The position numbers and the translations under genes are program-made. Of a stretch of DNA of 64,000 bases, positions 10,722-22,524 are shown piece by piece. The notes under the pieces were generated by a model. That model saw only the letters and a program-made list of their open reading frames with translations. It did not search any database and had not been told where the DNA came from. Location of the stretch: NCBI GenBank assembly GCA_000165345.1, contig CM000431.1:256001-320000 (forward strand), read 5' to 3'. Numbering within the stretch: position 1 is the first letter of the stretch; each line of letters begins with the position of its first letter.

Positions 10722-11534
10722 ATGAAGAAATCTGACTTTGAAAATGAAAGAGGTCATTCAATTTATGATATTTTTACTGATCAAGAAAAAGTAACATATT
10801 TTGGAAATGGTAACTTAAATTCTAAGACCATTTGTAGCTCTTTGAAAGATGCTGGTCTTGACTTGAAGGTTATGAGGGATGTAGAAAATTTTTTGGGGAA
10901 TTCAGGTGGAATTGACGAGTTAAAACAGTCTGGACATAGTAGCTCAAATCCAAAGCTAACAGGTATTACAACAAGTGTGATTCGAATGGATAAGGTAAAG
11001 GAGGAGAAGAAGTCTCAGGATGGCCAAGATCTGAAAAAGTTAAACCATAAAGTTTTTAAGAATGAAGGCTTTTTTGACATTGCAAGGGAAATCAAGCTTA
11101 GAAAATTAAGTTATTCTCATTTTATTCCTCTTCATCAACTTTGGAAGCAATATATCAAAGGGTTAACAGAGTCAAATTCAGTTAATAGTGGGACAAATGG
11201 AGCTATAAGAACAAGAGGAGGGATCAAACTTTCTCAATTATCCCAAAACCTTTCTCAGGCTGATTTACATGGTAGCATGATCAGCGTGATTTCGAGTAGA
11301 AACATAAGTTGTGTGAATGTCCAAGGAATCGTTGTTAAGGAAACTAAAGAAACTTTTGTTATTATTTCTGCTGATAATAAAGTGAGAACAATTCTGAAAA
11401 GCCAGAGCATTTTTGGAATTGTAATTTCTAATAACTACTTAGTAACTATTTATGGAAGCCAGCTTTGTTACCACCCTTGTGAAAGAATCAAGCACAAGTT
11501 CAGACATAGAGACTCTTTGAACATTACTCCCTGA
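10722..11534 (+). CDS. POP4: RNase P/MRP protein subunit Rpp29/POP4, 270 aa
   Basis: The C-terminal domain LHGSMISVISSRNISCVNVQGIVVKETKETFVIISADNKVRTILKSQSIFGIVISNNYLVTIYGSQLCYHPCERIKHKF matches the Rpp29 beta-barrel signature (LHGA...V..S.....G..G.VV.ET.NTF.........IPK....F.F......V.I.G..L..RP.ER..KKFK). Confidence 0.75.
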   Translation: MKKSDFENERGHSIYDIFTDQEKVTYFGNGNLNSKTICSSLKDAGLDLKVMRDVENFLGNSGGIDELKQSGHSSSNPKLTGITTSVIRMDKVKEEKKSQDGQDLKKLNHKVFKNEGFFDIAREIKLRKLSYSHFIPLHQLWKQYIKGLTESNSVNSGTNGAIRTRGGIKLSQLSQNLSQADLHGSMISVISSRNISCVNVQGIVVKETKETFVIISADNKVRTILKSQSIFGIVISNNYLVTIYGSQLCYHPCERIKHKFRHRDSLNITP

Positions 11535-11694
11535 TCATTTTATTTATTCTTTGATTTAAAACCCCCTGATAATTAATTAGGCATACACCTTGTATTATTG
11601 CTTTTTGCATGGTTCCAATTTCATTATTTAAAAATTATGTACTTAATATCGTTTTCCATTTTTTCTTTCTTTTTTTCTATTTTAACATTTAACA

Positions 11695-14655
11695 TCACTT
11701 TCGGATTATCCTTGGTTTCATTAATTCAGCCATATTTACTTTTATTCCACTACTAATTAATGACTTAAATCCCAAATTCGGCTCCTTTCTTACCTGGACC
11801 GGAGCGTGTGGTCTATTTTGATTATTTGTTAGTTTGCCGCCAAACAAATTATTGGATGCCGGCCCCCTTGTCATTTTTTCGCATGCACGCTTATTTGCAT
11901 GTTGATTAAAATTATTGTTTGTGGATGATGAATTATTGGAGTTTGAGAATGGAACAGAGCATGTATTCAATCTAGGTCTGAAACTTACGTTACTTTGACT
12001 TTTTTCATATATGTTATAGCCTTTATTTCCCTCTAAATTATTATTATTGTTATTTGTGGCCAATTTGATAGTTTTAGAATTGATTACTCTGCATTGAGAA
12101 AGCCTTGCTAAAATTTCATCATCTTTATCAATTATTTCTTTATTAAATTCGCTTCCCGCCAAATTTGCATTTTTTTGTGTGGGATTTGCATACGAAAGAG
12201 TTTTGCCCTTAATTTTCAAATCATTTTGAGGTTTCTTTAAAATATTAGACGAGGATGTTTTCTTGGGAATATCATTTGAGTTGGGAATATTAATCGTTGG
12301 AATTTTAACTTTTTGGTGATTTTTGGTTGAGTTACTTAACTCCTCGTTTTTCGTTTTTGAAACTAGGACTGTTCTAGAAATTGAGCTAGTGGCTGCCATT
12401 TTATTTTCAATATGAATAGGATTTAAAGGGAATAATTGAGTTTTTGAGTCCTTTGGGCTAGATAATCGGGAATTTTTAATAAGATTTTGTTCTTGAGTTT
12501 TAATCTCTTCAGCTTCTAATTGAAGTAAATCTTGTTTTGGAGGCTTATCTTCTTGATTATGCTCATCCTTGATTAAATCATTGTTGTATTCATCTACAAA
12601 CTTGTCAGGAATATCCAAAATATCTTCACAGTGTTTGTTAGCAACTCCATCCATAACCTCATTCTCCTTGGTTTCAATGAAGTCAGAATTAACTTCGGAA
12701 ACAGCTATAGAATCTACTGCAGATTCAGGATCAGACTCAGAAAATGCGTCCGAGTTATAGGATGAATCCTTGAATTGACTATTTAAGGAGCTCATAGCGT
12801 TTTCATAATTTCTCTCCCATCTATGAGTATTTAGTCTTGATTCGCATACGCCAAGAAGTCCCTCTCTAGCAAAGTAATCGTTAATTGCTTGAATATATCT
12901 TTGTACATGCTCCTCCCCTTGTTCGAGTTCTCCTTCTACATCTGCCAATCTTTCAGATGAGCTTTCAAAACTTCTATCCTCTACATTTTTGTAAATAATA
13001 TGGGGATTGCTGTCATAAATATCCTTGACTATTCCCAAAGCACTGCATTCAGAGACACTCTTGTCGTCTTCTAATTGGTTTTCTTCCATCTTTCCCTTAA
13101 TGCCGTCCAGACCTCGTGTTTCACTATTTAAGTTAGAGTTCAAATTCCATTTTTCACTTAAAAATGCTTCCTTAAATGATATATTCATTTGTTCCATCTT
13201 ATTTATCTTTTCCAAGAGTAAATTAAACCTTTGAATCTTTTCACTTAATTCTTCCAGGCTTTCTCTACTATTTTTGGGGCTTCCAACCTCACTTTTGATA
13301 TCTTGTACTTTTTCTTTTTTTGTTTGTATATTTTCCTCGGTTTCTTCTTTTTTATTTGTTTCTTGAAAATGATCTTTGTTATCTTTTTCTTCTTGTTCGT
13401 TTTTCTCATCTTCTAAGACCTCCACTAGTTTGGAAGTATGGTTGGATTGTGAGAAAGGTCCATTATTTACAATATAAAAACAATTATCTCCGAAACCTAA
13501 CAAATTTGGTTCAACTTGACTTTCGTAGGGGGAATAATCTCCAAAACTAAGTGATCTCACAAAATTCTCATAATAGTAAGAGTTACCATCAATTACGCAA
13601 TTGTCAATGTTCTGTTCCATGAGATTCAAAATATCTGTCCCAACATTATTCTTATACTTAATAACCAAAATTGAATCTTCTTCAATCTCAATTTCTCCTT
13701 GATTACCATTCAGAGAAACTTCTTCAAGCTCTGATTCACTTTCTAGAATCTGTTCATCTTGAATTTCACAATTATAGCATTCCTTCAAATCTACTTCTAT
13801 ACTGCGATTATTAATAGGCTCATAACCAAAGTCATTAAATTTTTGATCAAAACTACTCTCAGAGTATTTCTCTTCTTCGAAATTCCTTGTCTCATAGACA
13901 TTCACCTCAATTTCTTCACTCGTATCAGAATTCATGTTAATCTTTTTTTCACTTAAAAGCTCATCCCTAACAGTCTCAAGTTCAATATCTTTATCCCCTT
14001 TCTTGATCTCAACCTCAACTTCCATTTCCTGATATCTAGAGCTCTTGTTCTTACTGAGATCTACATGTGATACATCTCTTACTGTTACAGTATTATCACG
14101 CTTTGGTATAATTAAAATCTCATATGGTTCTAAGACTTCAAGTTCTCGTTGATCATTTGAATAACAAATCTCGGAATACATATTTTCAGCTTTTCCAAAT
14201 GTTTGAGGATCCGGTAATGTTGTTACTGGTCCATTCATAATTGTTGGCTGGTTTTGAATATGAGAGTTTCGCTGTATATTAAATCGATTCTGATTTAATT
14301 GTTGCTGCAACTGATATTGGTATTGAAGTTGTAAACTATATTCATATTGCTGTTGAGTAAACAGAAGTTGTTGTTGCTGTTGCTGAAGTTGGACTTGCTG
14401 ATATTTAATTACCTGTTCCAAGTAATTTTGATGATTTACAAATCCAACTCCATTGTTATAACCTACTGTTCCACTCATTTCGTTTCTGGGTACTAGTTGA
14501 CCTCTATTTCCACCTCCACTGTATGAGTATAATTGATCATTATTAAATGAATATCTCATTGTGAGTTGATTACGAAGTACATTCTGAGGCTTTATATTAT
14601 TATTATTATTATTATTCTTATTATTATTATTGTTAATATTATTAAGCTTAAACAT
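11695..14655 (-). CDS. Large low-complexity protein, 986 aa, with poly-N/Q N-terminus, acidic and Lys-rich segments
   Basis: Uninterrupted ORF with ATG at 14655. It carries poly-Asn and (Q)n tracts, so homology cannot be read by eye. Confidence 0.55.
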   Translation of the reverse strand: MFKLNNINNNNNKNNNNNNNIKPQNVLRNQLTMRYSFNNDQLYSYSGGGNRGQLVPRNEMSGTVGYNNGVGFVNHQNYLEQVIKYQQVQLQQQQQQLLFTQQQYEYSLQLQYQYQLQQQLNQNRFNIQRNSHIQNQPTIMNGPVTTLPDPQTFGKAENMYSEICYSNDQRELEVLEPYEILIIPKRDNTVTVRDVSHVDLSKNKSSRYQEMEVEVEIKKGDKDIELETVRDELLSEKKINMNSDTSEEIEVNVYETRNFEEEKYSESSFDQKFNDFGYEPINNRSIEVDLKECYNCEIQDEQILESESELEEVSLNGNQGEIEIEEDSILVIKYKNNVGTDILNLMEQNIDNCVIDGNSYYYENFVRSLSFGDYSPYESQVEPNLLGFGDNCFYIVNNGPFSQSNHTSKLVEVLEDEKNEQEEKDNKDHFQETNKKEETEENIQTKKEKVQDIKSEVGSPKNSRESLEELSEKIQRFNLLLEKINKMEQMNISFKEAFLSEKWNLNSNLNSETRGLDGIKGKMEENQLEDDKSVSECSALGIVKDIYDSNPHIIYKNVEDRSFESSSERLADVEGELEQGEEHVQRYIQAINDYFAREGLLGVCESRLNTHRWERNYENAMSSLNSQFKDSSYNSDAFSESDPESAVDSIAVSEVNSDFIETKENEVMDGVANKHCEDILDIPDKFVDEYNNDLIKDEHNQEDKPPKQDLLQLEAEEIKTQEQNLIKNSRLSSPKDSKTQLFPLNPIHIENKMAATSSISRTVLVSKTKNEELSNSTKNHQKVKIPTINIPNSNDIPKKTSSSNILKKPQNDLKIKGKTLSYANPTQKNANLAGSEFNKEIIDKDDEILARLSQCRVINSKTIKLATNNNNNNLEGNKGYNIYEKSQSNVSFRPRLNTCSVPFSNSNNSSSTNNNFNQHANKRACEKMTRGPASNNLFGGKLTNNQNRPHAPVQVRKEPNLGFKSLISSGIKVNMAELMKPRIIRK

Positions 14656-14850
14656 AACCTAGCTTCAACCTCCACAATCTTTTCTACCTGTTTTTTTATC
14701 AAATGTCTATTCTTAAAATAACTTTGCTTTCCATACAACCTTTCAATTCTCTATGAATATCTTTGCGTTTTCAATTTTTTCCTCTTTAAATTTATATGAT
14801 CTCTAATCTTTTTTTTTCACATTTTTTATTAGTAACGGTACTTACAAATT

Positions 14851-14940
14851 GCATGAAGGCGCCACTTTTGGGCGCCAATATTTTGCTTTTATGTCATTTT
14901 AAAATAGACCAGACAATATACATTAGGAATGCCGCATGCA
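14851..14940. promoter_or_regulatory. Double GGCGCC (14858-14863, 14871-14876) plus GCATGC (14934-14939), 200 bp upstream of the gene start at 14655 (-)
   Basis: Motifs seen directly: gcatgaaggcgccacttttgggcgccaatatt. Confidence 0.4.
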
Positions 14941-15494
14941 AAAGTAATTATTTATAAATAGTAATTGACAGAAAAAAAAAATTGCAAGGAAAAAAGGAAC
15001 ATAGACTTTGCTCAATTTATTCTAGATAATTTTTAAAAAGATCTATGATAAAGAATGATGAATTTCATCCATTTTAAAATGCAAAGAAAGTTGAATAATG
15101 ATATATACAATTAACATGCTAATAATAAAGGCAAGTTTCTCTTGGGATTTTCCGAGGGAAAAAGGGACTTTTATATGCATACATGCAAATTCGTCATTTT
15201 TTTTTTATTTTTAATTAAACAAAATGTGTGCAGAGATAAAACTGATTAAAAAAAATAAAAAAAAAGAAAACACAAAAAATTAAACAAGCTTAAAAGAAAT
15301 TCGATAGCATTTTTTGACTTTTCCTTCCTTTTGAACCTATAACGATCATGTTCTATTAAATCTCAAGTTTAATATTTAACTAACCCATTAGATAATAGGA
15401 TCCTATATTCCCTCACTGTTTTTTTTTAACTTTAAAGACTTTACTAATACACAATATTTAGATAGAACTTGTGCATTGCTCAAACTCCTTTTAT

Positions 15495-15923
15495 TTAGCA
15501 ACAACAACAGAGCTTGCAAATACAGAGACAGTGAATAATTCCTGCAATAATAATAATTGCAACAACTACAATAGCAATGATAATACCAGCCTTCGCTCCA
15601 CTACTTAAAGAATCCCATGTATTCTTTGCTTGTTCTTGAGCATGATCGGCTAACTCTTTATAAAGATTATTCATATTATCTTGAACAATATCGCCAATTG
15701 AATTGCTTGAACCTTGATTGGTTCCCGAATTACTACTGCTACCAGCCTCTTGAAGTGCTCTATCATTTTTCTCCTGAATACAGTTTTCATTACAAGAGCT
15801 CTGATCTTTTGAATCAGCTAATTCAAGAGCAGTAGATCTAAATGGATGATAAGCATCTTGAGAATTAACTTGATAGTAACTGATAAAAAGCACCAACAAA
15901 GATAAGAAAAAACTTCGCTTCAT
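15495..15923 (-). CDS. Small type-I membrane protein, 142 aa: signal peptide, Ser/Asn-rich ectodomain, one TM segment and a polycysteine tail (CLCICKLCCCC)
   Basis: N-terminal MKRSFFLSLLVLFISYYQVNS is signal-like. The C-terminal GIIIAIVVVAIIIIAGII is a TM helix followed by eight Cys in the last 11 residues. Confidence 0.5.
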   Translation of the reverse strand: MKRSFFLSLLVLFISYYQVNSQDAYHPFRSTALELADSKDQSSCNENCIQEKNDRALQEAGSSSNSGTNQGSSNSIGDIVQDNMNNLYKELADHAQEQAKNTWDSLSSGAKAGIIIAIVVVAIIIIAGIIHCLCICKLCCCC

Positions 15924-17294
15924 TTTCTTAGTAGAATATGTAACTTAAATATCTTAACTAATGAATTTTCTTAGTTTTAGTGATAGACTTTTTTTTTTGT
16001 GGACCTTTATACATTTTTTGTACGTATTCACACTTATTAAGTTAAAGTCTAAAAGGCGCCAACAGTTTGACAATTTTTTTAAATGTGCATGCAGATTAAT
16101 TTTGGCAATATTCCTCAAGTATATTATTTATACAAGCTAAACTAACTGTGAGATATGTAATTCAATTTGTTAATTCTTTACTTGGATAAAATACTTTCCT
16201 TTAAGTTAATTTAAAAATAACTAAAATATACAGGTTTACCTATATTTCTATTAACAATGAATGTTAATATACGTAATTAAGTTTCTCCCCACACATTAAT
16301 CATTATTAAATAAATTTCATGCACCTCCAAAAATTAATTTTTATCATTAATTCACTAATTCAACATAACAAGAATATTTTTCTAGTCTTTATTTCATAAT
16401 AGCACAGTTTGGCTTCCAATAGAATGCGAATCTTCTTGATGGAAAGAGTTGAGGTTGACGGGTTGTTTTTCTTTCTTTTGAACCTATACTAAAATTTAAA
16501 ATATGCACTAAATATTACATGCTAGGCGCCAATAATCAACAAATTGATGACTTTGTTGCATGTTTTTTTTTAATTAAAAAAACACACCTTTGGCTCTTTT
16601 TGTTAAAGTATATTGATCTTTAACTCTCCCTACTTTTGTTTCCCCATATATTTTTCTCCATAATTGACTCATTTGTATAACCAAATTCTTTTTTTCATTT
16701 AAATAAACATTTATTATATATATTCTGTTTACATGTGAGTTAATTAAATATAATCTGGGTGCTTCTAAACAAGAATTCAAAAAAAAAGCGTTGCTAAGAC
16801 ATGAATATGAAAAGAAAATCAAGTCCAAAGAATTTGAATAAAATGGATGTAAATTTAAGTATTTCTTTAATATGATCTTTATTGTGGGAGTAGTTTAATG
16901 AACATCAAGTTAGAGTATTTGTAGTGGGGTTGATATTACTAAATCATTTATAATAAAAAACTCAGGATAATTCAAAGTTAAGACACAAAGTTTTCAAATC
17001 ATTTAATTTTGCTAATTGCAGCTAGTAATTCAGATTTTGAAATAAAAATAAAGTTTGTAAATAATTACTATTAAACCCATTTTTATAGTCGAGGCATGCT
17101 AATTTCTCTAATTTTATTTAAGAACCTTAAGTATTTGAATATTTGATTGTTCTCTTTCTTGAGAGATATTTGTAATTGTTCTAGTTCTATATTTTAGGTG
17201 AGTTTTTTTATAATAAGTAAATTCGATCAATTTTTTTATTCAAAAAAAAAGGATGAAACAAGGACAAGTATTTTCTATAAGGTCAAAATATATT

Positions 17295-17340
17295 GCTGGC
17301 GCCTATTAATGCATGCAACATGCATGCATTGCCGGTATAT
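17295..17340. promoter_or_regulatory. Composite motif block: GGCGCC (17298-17303), inverted GCATGC dyad aatgcatgcaacatgcatgcatt (17309-17330), CCGGTA (17332-17337)
   Basis: Seen directly. It lies in the long ORF-free spacer upstream of RPL35. The 10-bp arms AATGCATGCA and TGCATGCATT are exact inverted repeats around a 3-nt spacer. Confidence 0.4.
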
Positions 17341-18209
17341 AATATCAATATCTACTATATTAAAGTATAAGTAGGCAAATTTCCCTAGATTTATTGTCTA
17401 TATAACTACAATTTATATAATAAGGGACGATTTTACTAGGATAAAAAGTAAACAAAAAAGATATTAGATATATTTAAATTAGTAAATTGACGATTGGAGT
17501 TATCAGTATAAGTGGGAAAAGCTGTCTCAGTATGATACCCGTTAGTAGCCTTAAAATTAGTGGGTTCAAGTAGGTTTCTCCTATTTAATAAACTTATAAA
17601 AAATATTTATCTGGAAAATTCAGATATTTGAATGAAGGCATGCTTTAGGAATTTGCATCAAGCTTATAGTAAAGAAAGAGTAATTGTTAAATATTAGAAA
17701 AAAAATGATTACGACAAAAAAGAAATTCCAATGAATAACACAATTAGTTGTGATAATTATTGCTTATTAGAATTTTTAAAGATTCATCTATGTTGAAAAA
17801 ACAAAAATTTCCCCCCAAAAATTCCTTGTTATTAAATTTATTTCAATACGTAATATAAAACTTGACATTCAATAATTTATTTATTAATATATATTTTGCA
17901 AAATTTATTATTTTATTTATTAAAGATGGTTTGGCGCCCTGAGACAGAAATGAGTCTAATACCGGTATAGGTCTTAAAAAAATAATAATAATGTTAATAA
18001 TAAATAGTAAAGACGAATATTGAATAATAAAACGAATATTAACAATTAATTTAAATTAATTACCAATATTTTAAATTGCGCTTAGACCAGGAATTTAGCA
18101 AAATTAATTAGAAACTAATTTAAAGGGTGAAAATTCTTTAGTTGGTTTAATTTCTCTAAGGCTTATTTAAAGGGAACATCCACTATAAGGTTATTAAAAC
18201 AAATAAAAA

Positions 18210-18590
18210 ATGAACAAAAACTCAGGATTACAGATTAAGCAGTTGATTTCACTCTCTGAGGAAGAACTTACCGTTAAGATTGACGAACTCAAGAAGGAAT
18301 TAGCAAGCTTGAGAGTTATTCAATCTACTGGTACTGCTCCAAACAAGCTTTCTAGAATTAATGTTGTCAGAAAGGGAATTGCTCGTATCTTGACAATCTT
18401 GTCTCAAAGGAACATTAAGAGCTTAAGAGAGAAACACGCAGGTTCTAAATTTATGCCTTTAGACTTACGTAAGAAGTTGACTAGAGCTAAGAGAAGAGCT
18501 TTAACTCCACAACAAGCTAAGAAGATGACCGTTAAGGCCAGCAAGAAGGCTTTGAATTTCCCAAAGAGAAAGTTTGCCATCATTGCATGA
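18210..18590 (+). CDS. RPL35: 60S ribosomal protein L35 (uL29), 126 aa
   Basis: MNKNSGLQIKQLISLSEEELTVKIDELKKELASLRVIQSTGTAPNKLSRINVVRKGIARILTIL...KKALNFPKRKFAIIA is an unmistakable uL29/L35 sequence. Confidence 0.9.
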   Translation: MNKNSGLQIKQLISLSEEELTVKIDELKKELASLRVIQSTGTAPNKLSRINVVRKGIARILTILSQRNIKSLREKHAGSKFMPLDLRKKLTRAKRRALTPQQAKKMTVKASKKALNFPKRKFAIIA

Positions 18591-18805
18591 GCAGCTTAAC
18601 GTTGGTGGTTTATAGGAGTTAGAAAAAAAATAGTATGGGCTTAATATTAGTACAATTGGCGTGCATACACCTTGTTTTAGTATTATATGCCTGTTTAGCA
18701 TCTTTAGTACTAGGAAAGTAAGCTACTATAAAAGAATTAAAGTCATAAAGCGTCTACCTTATCCTAATTACTATGAATCTTCTTAATACCTCAAATGATC
18801 AAGGA

Positions 18806-20119
18806 TTATTGTTGATTTGGATGACTCTGTATCCTCTGATCTTGCCCAAATCCACTACGTCTCCTGATCTTTTCACATGCAGAGACTGATGCTACAGTCT
18901 TATTCACTCTTTCTTCAAAGTTCTTGTTCTTACATGACAAATACTTTTCTATTGCTCTAGGTACCCATGGCTGTCTATAGTATTCTGCATACTTATCAGC
19001 AATCTGGTATTCATAAATAGCATTAGGATCTGATAATATGTTATTAATTGAGTTATTTCCATATAATTGAAAGTGCTTTGTAGTTAATAGTGAGTGAATG
19101 AAATCCACAGGATCATTCGCAAATCCTTGATAAAAGTTTATCTTATTACAAGAGCTATATATCTTTGACAATATACTCTGATTCTTATGATAAAGCTCCT
19201 CTAAAGCTTTATTAATGTTAGAAAATTCACCACTTTCTTGGATTCTGGTTGACATATTTGGAAGCCACAATGTGATGTCTCCTGGAACATTCTCAGTAAG
19301 ATCTATAGTAAAATCATAGGTTGATTCATTGTCAATCCAATCTCCTTTCAAAGCTAATCTATGTCTGATCTTTATTGGTTTTGGAGGTAATAAATGCTGT
19401 TTTAAAAGATCTGGAACATCTTTAAGTAGAACATGTTCAGTATCTACTGATAACAATTTGCCAAGATATTCATCTATCATAATACTATCATGAGAAGCTT
19501 TTGAGTTTTGAAGCCCTTTCATTTCCACATATTGCCAAATTCTTTTCACAATACTCGGAAGGTTGGCCAAACTTGTTCCCATAAACTCTTCTAACTGAGG
19601 AGATAAGCTATAGTGAGGAGTTCTATAATCTAAAAAAAACAGTATATCTATATCTCTTTCCTCATCTCCAATACGATGTATTTCCAAACCATCACATTCT
19701 GGAGTTGGACTTGTCTTCTTATCCCATATAATAGTTTCTGTTTCTGACAACTGAATAATAATTTTAGAAAAGATTGAAGTAAATCTAGGCTGATAAGCAT
19801 CTCCTTGAATAATGGATCCAAGTATCTTAAGAGTCCAAGATGGAGGAACTTTTCTAGTCCAATCATTATCAAAGCTAAAAGATTCCAACTCAGCATCAGT
19901 TGGTTTCTGACTCTCATATGTGTTGAAAATATGTACTCTTAGCTTCTTCCTATAACATCGAATGCTCTTATCATCCATTAGAGTTAGCCATACATCGCTT
20001 AAGCTATACCTCTGTTGGAGTATTGATTCATCTAAAAGTCTCTCATATTCTAATAAATTTTCGTACTGGTTATACTGCTCCTGAGAAAATTCTTTAATAC
20101 ATTCTGGTATTCTGGCCAT
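18806..20119 (-). CDS. SWI/SNF-type chromatin remodelling subunit with a SWIB/MDM2 domain (BAF60/Snf12/Rsc6-like), 437 aa
   Basis: The SWIB domain LSPQLEEFMGTSLANLPSIVKRIWQYVEMKGLQNSKASHDSIMIDEYLGKLLSVDTEHVLLKDVPDLLKQHLLP sits in the position and context typical of BAF60. Confidence 0.7.
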   Translation of the reverse strand: MARIPECIKEFSQEQYNQYENLLEYERLLDESILQQRYSLSDVWLTLMDDKSIRCYRKKLRVHIFNTYESQKPTDAELESFSFDNDWTRKVPPSWTLKILGSIIQGDAYQPRFTSIFSKIIIQLSETETIIWDKKTSPTPECDGLEIHRIGDEERDIDILFFLDYRTPHYSLSPQLEEFMGTSLANLPSIVKRIWQYVEMKGLQNSKASHDSIMIDEYLGKLLSVDTEHVLLKDVPDLLKQHLLPPKPIKIRHRLALKGDWIDNESTYDFTIDLTENVPGDITLWLPNMSTRIQESGEFSNINKALEELYHKNQSILSKIYSSCNKINFYQGFANDPVDFIHSLLTTKHFQLYGNNSINNILSDPNAIYEYQIADKYAEYYRQPWVPRAIEKYLSCKNKNFEERVNKTVASVSACEKIRRRSGFGQDQRIQSHPNQQ

Positions 20120-20610
20120 TTCTAATTAGAGTATTCTCCCAGTTTTTTGTTGTATTCACACAAGAAACCTAATTACTGAAATGACTTTCTGTCCACCAAT
20201 TTTACTCTTTATAGAATTTCACTATTTTTGTATATTTCCGTGATGCTTAAATAGTCAATTGCTTCCCAATCTCTTAATCTTAAACGTAACTAGAGAATAG
20301 GAAGCTCAGTATTTAGTTTCCTCCCTCTCTCAATTACGTATTACTGTTGGAGTACCCTAAGCGTTATTCCTCTTCAAACCATTAAATTCTTTCTTTCTTA
20401 GGCTCGCCCTTAATTTACCTTGAATTTTTTTCCCGGCTTAGAATGATTTATTGCCTGCAGACCAAATGAATAATATTGGAGAGCCCGCCAATAGCCACAT
20501 ATGGCGCCAAATATTGTGAAGTGGGGAGAATAAGTAATGAACATGGAATAAAAGGTGAAGAAATAAAAGAATAGTGATTTAATTAGGTCTAGTAACATCT
20601 ATAGAGCTAG

Positions 20611-21325
20611 CTAGTTACTTGTTGAGAATTCCATGACAAGTTTCTCATATTCGGTTAATGGAGCAGCTTTAGAGACATTTTCCTGGTGAAGCTTACATTC
20701 TTCAGGAGTCATCTTCAGAATTGTTTGAATACCAATTTTCTCAACGCTTTTTGCTGTAAATTTGTTGTTATTGAGAAGCAAGGCTTTCATTAAGGATTGA
20801 AAGTAGTTTTTCTCAAGTTCTCTTTTGTAGTCTTGCCGATTAATAAGATTGAGCGCAGCTAAATCTTGTTTATATAGTTTATCAGCCTAAGTATGACATT
20901 ATTAGGAGTATGTAATTGAAATAAGGAAATTAGTAGGAAGAATCGATCAAAATGGATTAAATGAATATAGATGAGTATTTGATAGTAAACAATAGTAAAT
21001 GAATGAATACTTTTAAGCTTACCTTAATTAATAATGCTTTATGTAGAGATAATGCTCTATTGTCAATGGAAGACCAGGAGTCTTGAATTACTTTTGTTTT
21101 AGTAATTTCTAAGTCTTCTCCTTCATCTGACCTAGACAACATTAATAAATGCTCGACATAATCAAGGAAACCCCAATCCATGGTGTGGCTAATTACATCA
21201 CTTTCTTCATCACTGGACTCTTCAGGAGGAGGTGTTGATCCTGTCTCACTTAAAGTTTTCTCTGTATTCTCGGAAGCACTTGCATTTGCTACTTCTCCGA
21301 CATATTTATTGATAAAGTCAAACAT
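20611..21325 (-). CDS. Hypothetical acidic protein of about 192 aa encoded in two exons: join(20611..20886,21023..21325)
   Basis: Exon 1 ends ...LSLHKALLIK in phase 0 at 21023. The donor GTAAGC is at 21022 and the acceptor CTTAG at 20887. Exon 2 reads ADKLYKQDLAALNLINRQDYKRELEKNYFQSLMKALLLNNNKFTAKSVEKIGIQTILKMTPEECKLHQENVSKAAPLTEYEKLVMEFSTSN*. The frame was checked triplet by triplet from 20614 to 20886 with no stop. The unspliced ORF stops 21 codons into the intron. Confidence 0.5.
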
Positions 21326-21499
21326 TTGAGAGATCTTTACTATAAAGGTTTAAAAACGGAATGATTTAATTCAAGAATTTAGGCAGAAAACTAAGTTTGA
21401 ATAGTTTAATTTTCATCCCTTTTAAATAAATCCTTTATTATTCGTTTTCCTCTTTTTAAGTATTATTTCTCAAAATCTTTGTCATTTATTACATTTATG

Positions 21500-21545
21500 T
21501 ATGCATACACAACAGTTGGCGCCGGAACACTCAGGCGGGAACTGT
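21500..21545. promoter_or_regulatory. Divergent-promoter motif block TTGGCGCCGG (GGCGCC 21518-21523) plus GGCGGGAAC (21534-21542), between gene starts 21325 (-) and 21973 (+, ARF1)
   Basis: Seen directly. It resembles a palindromic E2F site adjacent to the reverse complement of a TTCCCGCC-type half site. Confidence 0.4.
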
Positions 21546-21954
21546 GGCAACATAAAATAAAGGAGGCTAGGCTAAGAAGGAATGGGGATAGTGGGGAAAG
21601 AGGATAAGGAAGAATATAACTCAAGGAAGATAAGATTTTAAGCGTACTTCGGGCTATTGCTTTAGAGTTTGAGATTGTATAATTAAAGCAAACTGGTATT
21701 TGTGGAAGAAAAAAATGATTGGTGTAAAATATAGTGGTTTAATGAAAATTAACAATTCGGCAAAGGAACCGGCAAAATGTATACTGGGATAAATAAAGCG
21801 CCTGTGGGGCAAATGCCAAGATCAAGGCATAAAAACAAATTATTTTCAAGGGAATAAAACTGAGTCTTGAGGAGAAAAGAATATCAAATATTGGATAGTG
21901 ATCTTTAAAAATTAGTTTTTTAAAGAAAATCTAGCATAGGATTAATAAAGGTAA

Positions 21955-22524
<570 letters not shown>

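Noticed and set aside
12569-13956. Plus-strand ORFs of 63-76 aa inside the 986-aa minus-strand gene
   Set aside because: They are antisense to a long well-formed CDS, with compositions dictated by the sense-strand low-complexity sequence.
18591-18805. Possible regulatory element between the convergent RPL35 and SWIB gene ends
   Set aside because: It contains no GGCGCC, GCATGC or ACCGGT motif and looks like ordinary AT-rich 3' UTR.
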